Below are positions 17,690-27,396 of a stretch of DNA of 64,000 bases, piece after piece. The notes under the pieces were generated by a model. The model was given only the letters and a program-made list of their open reading frames with translations. It was not told where the DNA came from and made no database searches. Source of the DNA: a virus (lineage: Duplodnaviria > Heunggongvirae > Uroviricota > Caudoviricetes > Straboviridae); the IMG/VR virus record IMGVR_UViG_3300011728_000017. One strand, written 5' to 3'. How positions within the stretch are numbered: position 1 is the stretch's first letter; each line of letters opens with the position of its first letter. Both the position numbers and the translations under genes were made by a program.

Positions 17690-18277
17690 ATGGGAAACTC
17701 TGAATACACACTGACAAGCGGCGACATCCTTTATTTCATGGATCGCGAGGGTTATAGAAACTCACGTCCTGAAAATATAGGCGCTCACGCTCAATACCCA
17801 TCATACGTTGTGGTTGGTGCGCGTCACTTCTCCCCTGATGGAGATCACCACTATTCACTGTTGGGCATTAAGCGTCAGGGCGGGGCGATAAGAGAAAGCG
17901 AAGCTAAATTCTTTAACCGTGTTGGCGAACTGCATGATCTGGATTACGACCAGAAAGAAGTAAAGGCAGATCCTTATTACTTCTCCCGGTTGTATGCATC
18001 AGGTGAATTCTGCATTATCCCTGAGTTCCTTAAACGCACATTGATTTCACTGTCTACTTACTTTCCACATGTGGAAAAGAATAAAACCAGAATCGGTGAA
18101 TTGATGGGCAAAGAAACATTAACACCATCAGAAAGTATGGAAGTAAGTCTGTATATGATGCGTAATGCATACCTGGAGTTGCTACAGTCTAATAAAGGCA
18201 ATGTAACCAAAGCGACCGAAGGTATGATGAATATGATGGTTCAGACTTCCCGAAATATGACTAAGAAGGTACTCTAA
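17690..18277 (+). CDS. Hypothetical protein
   Basis: ATG 17690 (MGNSEYTL) with RBS ggagg. Confidence 0.5.
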   Translation: MGNSEYTLTSGDILYFMDREGYRNSRPENIGAHAQYPSYVVVGARHFSPDGDHHYSLLGIKRQGGAIRESEAKFFNRVGELHDLDYDQKEVKADPYYFSRLYASGEFCIIPEFLKRTLISLSTYFPHVEKNKTRIGELMGKETLTPSESMEVSLYMMRNAYLELLQSNKGNVTKATEGMMNMMVQTSRNMTKKVL

Positions 18278-18278
18278 A

Positions 18279-18302
18279 GAATAAGCCCTCTCTACAGGGC
18301 TT
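18279..18302 (+). terminator. Hairpin aagccctctctacagggctt
   Basis: Inverted repeat after the stop. Confidence 0.45.
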
Positions 18303-18456
18303 CATTTAGGTAATCTTTATGACCAAACTTGTTATTTGTTATAAATGTTTACATGTATACGACCACAACACAGCACCCAAAACAAAAACAAAAAGACTCT
18401 CAATAAAAGAAGTCGAATGTCCGAAGTGTAAGTGCAAAGTTTGTTTAGGATGAACA

Positions 18457-18741
18457 ATGATTACTATTGTGTATTACGATGAATATGAAAGTGAGTATTC
18501 AGAAAAGTCAGGTAGCTTTCAAGAAGCGATTAGCGATAGCAGTATTCTAACCGTAACCGAAAATCTGACTGATTCGATCAAAGCTGTAGAAAAACATCAA
18601 AAAGAAAACGAAGATAGTGACATTGATTACTATTTCCAGTTCTGGAATGCGGGTGAACAATGTTCCGCCGTGCGTATCGGTGGCCCCATCCAGGATCATC
18701 TTGAAGAACTGAACCAGCATCTGAAATCTTTTTTGCATTAA
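18457..18741 (+). CDS. Hypothetical acidic protein
   Basis: 94-aa ORF. Confidence 0.45.
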   Translation: MITIVYYDEYESEYSEKSGSFQEAISDSSILTVTENLTDSIKAVEKHQKENEDSDIDYYFQFWNAGEQCSAVRIGGPIQDHLEELNQHLKSFLH

Positions 18742-18748
18742 TTACATC

Positions 18749-18805
18749 AAGCCCCTTGACGAAAGTCTGGGGCTTTTGCTATATTACACACATGGAAACG
18801 AAATG
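18749..18805 (+). promoter_or_regulatory. PeSL-like cassette (aagccccTTGACGaaagtctggggctt, -10 TATATT, ACACACATGGAAACGAAATG leader)
   Basis: Archetypal copy. Confidence 0.6.
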
Positions 18806-19042
18806 ATGAACGGGGAACTGAAAATGAAAGCAAAAATGATGAAATTCGCAAAAGACTGGAACAACGGCGCGGTAATCGGTAACAGCTACATCATCGTTGA
18901 TATCAACTGCGTTGCTCTGGAAGGTGCGAATGTTCTCGAAGTTCCTCGTTATGAAATGGTTGAGGCCGCAGAACGGGCTAAAGAGTTAAACGGCTATGTC
19001 TTCCACATCATCGACGCAGTAAACAACGCTCTGGGGAAATAA
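18803..19042 (+). CDS. Hypothetical protein
   Basis: ATG 18803 (MMNGELK) directly after the leader box. Confidence 0.5.
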   Translation: MMNGELKMKAKMMKFAKDWNNGAVIGNSYIIVDINCVALEGANVLEVPRYEMVEAAERAKELNGYVFHIIDAVNNALGK

Positions 19043-19138
19043 AATGAAAAAACTTTTAATCACCAGACTCTGTATCGCACATAAAGATGCGATAATTCAG
19101 GAAATGAAAGTAAACGAATTAAGGGCAAAACAATCAAA

Positions 19139-19372
19139 ATGAACAGTGTTTATATTATCGAAGAAACGATCATCAAACCCGACGGCGGTGTATACGAAAA
19201 GAATATTGTATGTGCTGCACTGAACGAAGAAGAAGCAAAGCACAAAACGAAATACCTGAATGAAAATGTAGTAGTCAATCAGACATACGCCGGGTATCAT
19301 GTTGCTTACGACTGGAAAGCGATTAGTTTAGAAACCCGTCCATCATGGTTATTCGATCTTAAAAAGGGGTGA
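19139..19372 (+). CDS. Hypothetical protein
   Basis: 77-aa ORF. Confidence 0.45.
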   Translation: MNSVYIIEETIIKPDGGVYEKNIVCAALNEEEAKHKTKYLNENVVVNQTYAGYHVAYDWKAISLETRPSWLFDLKKG

Positions 19373-19875
19373 GTATGAAATACGTTCGCGGCGGTATCAT
19401 GGCATTGTTGCTGAAAGAAGTAGAAGAGGGTAGCGCACAGAATCGCCAGCCGGGTAAAAAACTTTGGCGTGTTAAGATCGGCGGGGAACTGATCGGATTC
19501 ATCCAAACCGGATGGTCACTCAACAAGCGTTACAAATACACCGCCACTTCTACGCGCGGTCATGAATATGACTCTTGTCAGAACTTCATGAAAGCGCTTT
19601 CTCAGTTCATCAGCCCTGCTATCGACGCGATTGATCGTCAGGGAATGAAAGAACGTGCGTATGTCGGGAAGGTAGGCGCAACCAATTATTCTGATTTCCA
19701 TTTCCTGATTGAAGAAGCGCGATATGATGGACAGGATGAAGTTTGTTCCTATGCCCTCCGGTCGGAAGAAGTGATTAAGTCATATAACGGGCCATCGGTA
19801 ACACCGAAATACCAGGTTATTACCACGTTCGAGCTTCGCTATCAGATTTTGATGGGATTGATGGTCGTAGAATGA
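19369..19875 (+). CDS. Hypothetical protein
   Basis: 168-aa ORF with RBS aagggg. Confidence 0.5.
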   Translation: MSMKYVRGGIMALLLKEVEEGSAQNRQPGKKLWRVKIGGELIGFIQTGWSLNKRYKYTATSTRGHEYDSCQNFMKALSQFISPAIDAIDRQGMKERAYVGKVGATNYSDFHFLIEEARYDGQDEVCSYALRSEEVIKSYNGPSVTPKYQVITTFELRYQILMGLMVVE

Positions 19876-19876
19876 A

Positions 19877-19899
19877 AAAAGCCCCAGAAGGGGCTTTAA
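19877..19899. terminator. Bidirectional terminator aaaaaagcccc-agaa-ggggcttt between convergent genes
   Basis: Hairpin flanked by A-run and T-run; sits between the + gene ending at 19875 and gp25 ending at 19896. Confidence 0.6.
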
Positions 19900-20288
19900 G
19901 AGGACGAAAGCTGTAGTTTAATACGTTCTACTTCTTCCGGTTCGTCAATGATGCTGTAATAGATCGTTACCTGTACACTGTTATTATCGTAATCTGGAAC
20001 AACCTCCACATTAAGATTATAAACCCTGGGTTCGTATGTCCTGATTGCCGAAACAATAGATGTACGAACTGATTCTGCTGTAAGCGGGTTCATGTTCTCA
20101 AAGATCTGATCTCCGATATCACAACCAAAACTACTATCAAAAGGCCGGGTGCCTTTCTGGGTCGTTACGATACCGATCAGGCTATTCCTGACGGCAGAAA
20201 CGCCTTTAGATGCAGCCACATCCCTGTTCCAGTCTCGTGTAAGATTTGGCTCTATATCGCTATAGAGCAACCTGATATTAATCGCCAT
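19896..20288 (-). CDS. 25: Baseplate wedge protein gp25 (GpW/lysozyme-like fold)
   Basis: 130 aa; recalled similarity to T4 gp25 (size 132 aa); sits in a baseplate gene cluster. Confidence 0.8.
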   Translation of the reverse strand: MAINIRLLYSDIEPNLTRDWNRDVAASKGVSAVRNSLIGIVTTQKGTRPFDSSFGCDIGDQIFENMNPLTAESVRTSIVSAIRTYEPRVYNLNVEVVPDYDNNSVQVTIYYSIIDEPEEVERIKLQLSSS

Positions 20289-20842
20289 TATCCAACCACC
20301 TTTAAAAACGCCTGTAAGCCACGCATAGAGACGATGGACTCATGCCCACACGAACACCTTACCGGAATGTTTGAAACCAATGCAGGCTGTTCCAGCGCCT
20401 CCAGAATCGATTTAAAAACGTGATAGTCGATGCTATCAAGCACAGCTTCTTTTTCCGATTCCTTACAGTCTTCCCATTGGATTTGTTCGCCGTCGATAAC
20501 AACGAAATCGATTAATTCAGGTATGGTTTCGTCTCCGGTAATATACGGATGCACCGAAACTTTCATATCATCACCGAAAACACTTTCTTTGAATTCTTCC
20601 ACCATCACCGCATTGCGGTTTAGTTCAAACTCAATTACCTTTTTGCATTCAGGGCAATCGATCTGTGCTTTGACACTTTCTTTATTCAGGGAATCATACA
20701 TCGCCATTAAATGAACGTATTCTTTCTGATGCTTATACAGCGTACCGGATTCAACAATAAAGTCTTTATCAGATGGATCTATTGTCAATGGTCTGTATGT
20801 CACTCCGTATTGTGGAATAAATTTTGTTTTGTGTTTACGCAT
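20288..20842 (-). CDS. 26: Baseplate hub subunit gp26
   Basis: 184 aa; position and size match T4 gp26; Cys pairs CPEC...CSCG. Confidence 0.65.
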   Translation of the reverse strand: MRKHKTKFIPQYGVTYRPLTIDPSDKDFIVESGTLYKHQKEYVHLMAMYDSLNKESVKAQIDCPECKKVIEFELNRNAVMVEEFKESVFGDDMKVSVHPYITGDETIPELIDFVVIDGEQIQWEDCKESEKEAVLDSIDYHVFKSILEALEQPALVSNIPVRCSCGHESIVSMRGLQAFLKVVG

Positions 20843-21578
20843 TCTCTTTAGCCTTTCGCTTTAATTCTTCCGCAAGCAACGCAACGTAAATTGAACGTTC
20901 CATAGGGCTTGCATCCATAATAGATCCGATATGTATATTATTCTTATTTAGCAAATAGTTGGTTTTATAGAATTCATTCAGATCGGATTTATTAAACAGA
21001 ATAGTGAACAGGGTAAGGAGACTTGAAAAATCATTATCCTTCACCACAACATGACAAGATTTGGTTATCATTTCCATAATCTTTTCTATGTCGTCGATCT
21101 CGATCATATCCATGATACTGTTTTTAGTGAATGTATCCAGCCCACTCCATTCGTACCGGGTTCCGTCGTAAATGACATAGGAAAGACATTCGAGCAAGTC
21201 AGACGCTTCCAGGTGACGTTTACGCGGGAAATTAAACCCTAATACAATATTCTCTGCGATCTGATATTCGTTCTGCAAATCATAATCCGTGATATGCATG
21301 AAACCCTCGCTGGTTCCTTTTTTGGATTTCATATAGATCTTAATTGCATTCTTACCGAACGAAGAACAGTAAACCCTGGTGAAAATATATTCCTGTTCTG
21401 TTTTGGAATATCCCGGATAAAGAATATCAAGAACTTCATCCAGCATTGCGAGTTTTTCTTTTGGTGGCTTTCCTTCCATGTCTGCGCTGGTTAAAAGAAA
21501 ACTTAAATGATCTCTTACAGTGAACATCGGAAAGCGTTTAATTCCGCTGGGTAATTTAACCCTGATTACATCTATCAT
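20835..21578 (-). CDS. 51: Baseplate hub assembly catalyst gp51
   Basis: 247 aa against 249 aa for T4 gp51; lies within the hub cluster. Confidence 0.6.
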   Translation of the reverse strand: MIDVIRVKLPSGIKRFPMFTVRDHLSFLLTSADMEGKPPKEKLAMLDEVLDILYPGYSKTEQEYIFTRVYCSSFGKNAIKIYMKSKKGTSEGFMHITDYDLQNEYQIAENIVLGFNFPRKRHLEASDLLECLSYVIYDGTRYEWSGLDTFTKNSIMDMIEIDDIEKIMEMITKSCHVVVKDNDFSSLLTLFTILFNKSDLNEFYKTNYLLNKNNIHIGSIMDASPMERSIYVALLAEELKRKAKENA

Positions 21579-21605
21579 ATTAACCTCAAAAGGGGCTTTC
21601 GCCCC

Positions 21606-22469
21606 TTACTTACCTGTTACTAATGTACGGGCCGCGATTGCAGCACCTTCGATCATTGATTGTTTGAATCCATCCCATCCTTCGAGATCTGCATCTACGA
21701 TCCATGCGGTCTTATATGCAAAATCAACCGTGAACGTCCATATTTCGTTATTGCTTTCATAGGACAACTCAGGGCTGCTCACCTTCACAGGTAGACACTT
21801 CTGGAAGACATACGTACTGTGCGGAACACCGTCACGATTATGTAAGTTAACCTGTATTGCGCTGGTTACTTCATCGATAAACGCATATTGTCCGGTAACA
21901 TCATCACGGATCGCGGAAATCCATTCGTTAAAGATTTTCAGGTTCCGGGCTTCCGAGTCAACGCGAAACGTCATTGACAATTCGCTGTTCTCCGGTCGGG
22001 TGAATCTGATCTGGGGTACACCGCTATTATAAACGTATTCATACCCGATTGTTTTACCCGGTAGCTGCACGCTCATAATACTAAGGCCCAGATTATACAT
22101 CATCTTGTCGCGGAATTCGGTCAGCAATTTACCATATACGCTATCACCAAACAATGAAGTAACAAGGCGAGGACTTAACGCCCCCATTACCTTGCTGAAT
22201 CCGGTTTTGTTTAATGACATAATCGCCTTATCAACGGTATGTGTAAGTAACTTACTCACGCCTCCGGTAATTGCATTCATGAATTCATTAGGGTTATTTG
22301 CGTTAATCGCCCCGATGGTTCCATTAACTAATGAATCCCTGACATTACCTATTGTGCTATCAAGGATCCGGGATGCGGGGCTTGTTGCAAAAACAATACT
22401 AAACAGATTGCTTCGTTGAAAGTCTCTGTTAGCCATCCCTGATAAAAATTCATCTACGCTATAAAACAT
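21606..22469 (-). CDS. 54: Baseplate tail-tube initiator gp54
   Basis: N-terminus MFYSVDEFLSGMANRDFQRSNLFSIVFATSP matches T4 gp54 MYSLEEFNNQAINADFQRNNMFSCVFATTP. Confidence 0.85.
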   Translation of the reverse strand: MFYSVDEFLSGMANRDFQRSNLFSIVFATSPASRILDSTIGNVRDSLVNGTIGAINANNPNEFMNAITGGVSKLLTHTVDKAIMSLNKTGFSKVMGALSPRLVTSLFGDSVYGKLLTEFRDKMMYNLGLSIMSVQLPGKTIGYEYVYNSGVPQIRFTRPENSELSMTFRVDSEARNLKIFNEWISAIRDDVTGQYAFIDEVTSAIQVNLHNRDGVPHSTYVFQKCLPVKVSSPELSYESNNEIWTFTVDFAYKTAWIVDADLEGWDGFKQSMIEGAAIAARTLVTGK

Positions 22470-22478
22470 ATCTTCCCC

Positions 22479-23546
22479 TTATTGGTCGAATATTGAGTTC
22501 TGTCTCATATCGATCAGTTCAACAAACTGAATTTCAATTTCAACAGCTATTGGGGTATTTGGTGATTCTCTCAGGGTATTTACAATATTATCCATTGAAC
22601 GTCCGAAACGCACAGAACTAATACCTGCTGGCCCGAAAGTAGAATGGGGAAAGCGAAGACCTTCACCAGTCTGGAAATCACGAATAAACCACACAGGAGG
22701 CGCTTTAATAACCTCTACATTAGAGAGGAAATCGACTGCATTGTTTGCTATACCTCCTTTGAATGATTCAGGGGTTGATAGTGTCGTATCAGGTGAAATA
22801 AAATTATTCAGATAAGATGCAAGTTCGTTATAGCCAGTTTTAATCAATCCAGCAACTTCTTGCGGTGTTCCTGTGGACGTTGTTCCATACCCTAATACAG
22901 TAAACAGATAATAAATCTTGATCAGTTCCAACAGATCATTCCGGTTTTCAATTACAAACGTGTTGTAATACATCTTGCTTCGTTTATCAGAACCCTGGAA
23001 CGCTGATTTAGTACCAACGTCCAGTGCTTCACGACGATCCGCGAGAAGATCCGTTGCTTTGTCTACAGCACCCCACACCATGTTAGACGCAACACGGGAA
23101 AGACCTTTTGAAAGAATCCCGTCACTTGCATCCTGATAACGGTGCGAGTTAATTTCATTGTCGTTCACAGAACGCGGCAATAGAATCTGACATATCGGGT
23201 TCAATGCTCCCATATTGCGAGTATTCAGCATCTGTTTAAACTTAACGTTCCCTGTCATTGAACTTAGGATCTGACGCGGATTCTGTGCTGCTTCTCGTAA
23301 CGATCTCAGGTTGTCTTTACTACCGGGAGTAAGACCGCCAGAAAAATCATACGCAGTAAACAGAAGGCCGTTATTATACAGGCTTGATGCGTTATATGCG
23401 TTATCGATACCCGCAGCACGTTGTGACGGGAATTCCGCCGTTACTGTAGTGTTTGATATTTTACTTGCAGCCGAAGTTCCCGCAGAGGGAACCCCAACTT
23501 TTTTATATACTAATGATGTTACTTCATCAATAACTGAAATTTTCAT
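22479..23546 (-). CDS. 48: Baseplate tail-tube cap gp48
   Basis: 355 aa (T4 364); position between gp29 and gp54. Confidence 0.75.
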   Translation of the reverse strand: MKISVIDEVTSLVYKKVGVPSAGTSAASKISNTTVTAEFPSQRAAGIDNAYNASSLYNNGLLFTAYDFSGGLTPGSKDNLRSLREAAQNPRQILSSMTGNVKFKQMLNTRNMGALNPICQILLPRSVNDNEINSHRYQDASDGILSKGLSRVASNMVWGAVDKATDLLADRREALDVGTKSAFQGSDKRSKMYYNTFVIENRNDLLELIKIYYLFTVLGYGTTSTGTPQEVAGLIKTGYNELASYLNNFISPDTTLSTPESFKGGIANNAVDFLSNVEVIKAPPVWFIRDFQTGEGLRFPHSTFGPAGISSVRFGRSMDNIVNTLRESPNTPIAVEIEIQFVELIDMRQNSIFDQ

Positions 23547-23555
23547 ATTAATTCC

Positions 23556-25319
23556 TTAACCAATCATTACCAATGGTTTAATTTCTGTTCGCTGAACCGA
23601 CTGAACTACGGTATTATTAACTGTCTTCTGGTTGACCTGGACATTACTTGCCTGTTGAGCTTGCAACTTGTTCTGTTTATTCTCAGGAGGCGTTTCAATA
23701 ACTTTACTGGTTTCTGGAACCGCGAAAGTTTTATTTTGCCAGTCTTCCAGAATTTTCCCGTAGCGATTTTTATCATCTTCCGAAAGTAGTTTCTGATTGT
23801 TTTTCTCTTCAAGAGATTCGAGGATCTTTTCCATTTTCTTCGTATCATCTTTCGAGATATCTTCTTTATCAACAAACTCTTCCGCTTCGTCCATTTCATT
23901 GCGAGCTTGACGATGTACTTTTTTCTGTGCTGCTTTTTCTGCATCGGCTTTAGCAACACGTTCCCGGTTGCGCTGGTTTTCTGCATCAGTTTCAGCTTTA
24001 AGTGCGTTTTTATCTTTCTTGATCAGATCGTTTTGCTTCTCAAGTTCTTTTGTTGCTTCCTTCTGAATATTCATTAGTTCGCGATTAGCTTCTAATCTAT
24101 CCAAGTCTGCTTGCGTCTTTTTCTTATCGTCCAGTTGTGCCATCTGGTTATATGAATTAGCACCCCGCCAGCTTTGAGAAGTATTAACAGACGTGGCAAC
24201 TTTTCGCGTTGCTTCGGCTTCTTTTTCTCTCTGTTTAGCAAGATCATCTTCACGGATCATCAACATATCATCAGTGGTGATATCCATTCCTGATTTCTGT
24301 TTATCGCGCAACGCAGAAAGTTTCATGGATCTGCCTGCATCCTTGATTGTATCCGACCCGGTGTATTCACCTAACGCCGCAATGATAGTACCGATACCTT
24401 CGGTTATCGCAACCTTAATCGTATCACCCAGTAATTTCATTGGTTCGATAAACAGATCTTTGAGAGAATTCCCCAGATCATCCATTTTAAAGTTTTTCAG
24501 ACCTTCGTCGATGGATTCAACTATATCCTGCACCTTACCGAAATAAGATCCGAATAGTTTTTTTGATGATTCTCCGCCTTTTAATATATCATTAAACCAG
24601 TTTTTAATTGCCTGCCCAATTACTTCAATACCCAGAACAAGACTACCAATTATCAATGTCCATTTTGTAAATTTAGTAATTGCTTCGATAGAATAACCGA
24701 TAAAACGAGAAAGCAATGAAGAAGTAATATCTTTGATATCGGATAATGAAGACAGCATTTTATCAGCGACAATGCTGTTTTTCTTTTCCCTGTCTTTTCG
24801 ATCTTTATCGTCTAATGATTCTTCCTGTTCTTCTACAGGACGCGGTTCTGATTCAGGAATAGGAATAGGCACTTTTTTATAGATAGCGATCATTTGGAGC
24901 ATTGATTCGGCGATGCTCTGTACACTGCTTTCAATCTTGCCTAATGATTCCGTGCCTGGGTTAACAGTAACAGAGTTATCGACCTGTGAATTACTGTTAT
25001 CAGTCAGAGAAGGTGGACGCAATGGGCCAACAAAATCTACTGTCTGTTCTGCTACTGGCCCGGTTTCCTGTTCATATTTGTCCTTGAATCCGTCGAACTT
25101 TTCTTTAAACTTCTCTTCGAAAGACTGGATCCCATCCTTGATCCCCATTGTGTTTAATGCGGTTTCAAGGGTGTTGTTATTAATGTCTTTCAGTTCGTTC
25201 ATCGATGCATTATCAAGGGATGCAACGACTTTTCTAGCTCTTGAATCTGTTATTGCCTGTTTACCCTGTGCGAGCTTCCGGCGTTGTTCTTCGTTGTAAT
25301 ATGGATTTGCCATAATCAT
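23556..25319 (-). CDS. 29: Baseplate hub / tail-length determining protein gp29
   Basis: 587 aa (T4 590) with a central Lys/Glu-rich coiled coil; synteny 28-29-48-54. Confidence 0.8.
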   Translation of the reverse strand: MIMANPYYNEEQRRKLAQGKQAITDSRARKVVASLDNASMNELKDINNNTLETALNTMGIKDGIQSFEEKFKEKFDGFKDKYEQETGPVAEQTVDFVGPLRPPSLTDNSNSQVDNSVTVNPGTESLGKIESSVQSIAESMLQMIAIYKKVPIPIPESEPRPVEEQEESLDDKDRKDREKKNSIVADKMLSSLSDIKDITSSLLSRFIGYSIEAITKFTKWTLIIGSLVLGIEVIGQAIKNWFNDILKGGESSKKLFGSYFGKVQDIVESIDEGLKNFKMDDLGNSLKDLFIEPMKLLGDTIKVAITEGIGTIIAALGEYTGSDTIKDAGRSMKLSALRDKQKSGMDITTDDMLMIREDDLAKQREKEAEATRKVATSVNTSQSWRGANSYNQMAQLDDKKKTQADLDRLEANRELMNIQKEATKELEKQNDLIKKDKNALKAETDAENQRNRERVAKADAEKAAQKKVHRQARNEMDEAEEFVDKEDISKDDTKKMEKILESLEEKNNQKLLSEDDKNRYGKILEDWQNKTFAVPETSKVIETPPENKQNKLQAQQASNVQVNQKTVNNTVVQSVQRTEIKPLVMIG

Positions 25320-25885
25320 TCACCCACGATGATATTAAGCCCTTTAACAGTTTTCCCTTTATGCATAATGTAAACTTCCGGGAGTATACCGCGTTTTACT
25401 TCGTCACGTTCATGACGGTAAAGGCTGTTGATTAGTTGTATACGTTTGTCGTCGGTCAGTTCAATTTCTTCGCCGTCAACTTTTGCAGATTCGAGCATTT
25501 CAAATAAGTTATCGCGGAACATCACAGGTTTGAATTTCAACTGGATATTATCGAAAGTGAATTCATATTTTGCTTCGCTGATCTTCATTTCATCCAGGTT
25601 AACACCCAGTTCAGCTAATTTTTTGGATGCTTTATCATTGTTGTGGTAATGAAGATGAATTAAAAGAAATTCGGTTTCCGCCGTGGTTAATTCCCGTGGT
25701 GCGATTTCACCCACGATATAATTCATGATCTCGACTGGAGTCGTTAACGTTTTTAATTTGACGAAATGACGATACGACAATTTGGGTATCGTGACTTTTT
25801 CGCCAGTAGGAAGATACACGATCTTATTTTTCTTGTTCTGGATATCCAGTCGCGTAACCATAAATTTATCAAGATTGTTTTTCAT
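25316..25885 (-). CDS. 28: Baseplate hub distal subunit gp28
   Basis: 189 aa (T4 177); directly upstream of and coupled to gp29. Confidence 0.65.
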   Translation of the reverse strand: MKNNLDKFMVTRLDIQNKKNKIVYLPTGEKVTIPKLSYRHFVKLKTLTTPVEIMNYIVGEIAPRELTTAETEFLLIHLHYHNNDKASKKLAELGVNLDEMKISEAKYEFTFDNIQLKFKPVMFRDNLFEMLESAKVDGEEIELTDDKRIQLINSLYRHERDEVKRGILPEVYIMHKGKTVKGLNIIVGE

Positions 25886-25948
25886 TTTCGCCTCAAATAG
25901 AATCCCTATATTTACTATTTAGTAAATAGAACATTAAGGGAGGATTTT

Positions 25949-27028
25949 ATGTCCAGAGTTATCAATCGGATTACATCGATTAAAATGTTTCCAACCTATG
26001 AACATTATACAGGGAATTCATATACTGAACTTCTCCCGGCGCTGGTTTCATTCAGTGAGAAAACAACAATCAACGGTTCTTCTGAAACCCTGATGCAGAT
26101 CTATGACGACCAGTTGTTATATACGTTAGCAAAGAATCCAATCATTCAGGTTTCGTTCCAGTACAATGAGACATTAGAACAGCATTACTACGGGCTGCTG
26201 TACTCGAACGTCGATACCGATGAAATGAACCGTTCTGTGTTGCGCCTGAACCTTTCTCCGGTGCATACGGTGTTCAGGCGTAAGTTTGCCCGGTCGTTCA
26301 GTAATAACGCCGCAGACACGATTACAGAGTGTATGACAGCACTATATGACAACATGAAGAAGATCATGCCTAAGCTTGATGCGTCGAACGTGCGTATTCC
26401 TCCATCATGCCTTAGTGGATATTATAAAGACGTATTCAACTTCATCCGGGATAACGGACAATGCGTGGAGTCGTCGGACTTCTGTTATCTGTGGGAAGAT
26501 GGTTCCGGGATCTACCTGAAAAGCCATACCGAGATCCTTGCACAGCAACCACTCAAAGGATATAAGTTCAACGCGGATAACCCGTTTATAGGCGATACAA
26601 TCGCGTTTACCAAAGCGGAATATATCACGTATAAAGACAACACATCGTTGCTTGCCGATTCCAGTTTTTTCAGTTTTTCAATGACTGATAAGAAACTATA
26701 TGGTGATATTCTGGCTAATACAGATCTGGAAAACTCATGGATCGTGATGAACCGGAACGCGGTATATGATACAAACTTTCAGAACCCGGATAAATCTGGA
26801 GTACCTTTCCAGGCTGCTAAATGTCTTGCTCTTTCGAGTTATGAAAAGCGGATTAAGTTTGATATCAATCAGGGCAGGATGGATGTAAAGGTAGGGGCAT
26901 TGATCGAGATACACGGGGATCAGTATTCAGGAAAATACATGATTGTTGAATGTACGAGGGATGTGTCTAAAGATTTCCACCTGCAAACAATTGAATGCGT
27001 ACAGGTGGCGGAATTGGTTGCGGCTTAG
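25949..27028 (+). CDS. 27: Baseplate hub subunit gp27
   Basis: MFPTYEHYTGNSYTELL...LMQIYDDQ...IIQVSFQ resembles T4 gp27 LFDSYDAWSNNRFVEL...MLQFYDSK...IIQISVAN; it is divergent from gp28 here. Confidence 0.7.
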   Translation: MSRVINRITSIKMFPTYEHYTGNSYTELLPALVSFSEKTTINGSSETLMQIYDDQLLYTLAKNPIIQVSFQYNETLEQHYYGLLYSNVDTDEMNRSVLRLNLSPVHTVFRRKFARSFSNNAADTITECMTALYDNMKKIMPKLDASNVRIPPSCLSGYYKDVFNFIRDNGQCVESSDFCYLWEDGSGIYLKSHTEILAQQPLKGYKFNADNPFIGDTIAFTKAEYITYKDNTSLLADSSFFSFSMTDKKLYGDILANTDLENSWIVMNRNAVYDTNFQNPDKSGVPFQAAKCLALSSYEKRIKFDINQGRMDVKVGALIEIHGDQYSGKYMIVECTRDVSKDFHLQTIECVQVAELVAA

Positions 27029-27396
27029 GCCGTCTCTTCCTGATAGCCCATGAACAAATCAAATACGTTATGATTTGGCTTTCTACGGGCTTTCAGGATG
27101 TTTTCGTAGTTCTCGCGGGGCATTTCCACCATGAAACACTTCTGACGTGCTGTAGCGCTTTCTACGAGCTTAAACAGGTCATCTTCTGTGTAGTCTTTAT
27201 CTTTTTCGAGTTCGACGATTACACATTGCCACATTTCAGGATCCGCAGTTCGCTGAATCTGGATCAGGTTGGCATTTTTCATGCCCAGATTATGCGCCAG
27301 CATTTCGTGAACGAATTCCATATCTTCCGATTCATAACGGATCTCATGGCCTTCCCAGCGAATCAAACGGATAGTTTTACTTAATTCTTTTCTCAT
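27025..27396 (-). CDS. Hypothetical protein
   Basis: 123-aa ORF, coupled to the upstream gene. Confidence 0.45.
   Translation of the reverse strand: MRKELSKTIRLIRWEGHEIRYESEDMEFVHEMLAHNLGMKNANLIQIQRTADPEMWQCVIVELEKDKDYTEDDLFKLVESATARQKCFMVEMPRENYENILKARRKPNHNVFDLFMGYQEETA

Noticed and set aside
23606-23986. 126-aa Lys/Arg-rich ORF on the - strand, in another frame inside gp29
   Set aside because: It overlaps the gp29 coiled-coil coding region completely. Its low-complexity basic composition is the frame-shifted translation of a Lys/Glu-rich region, so it is spurious.
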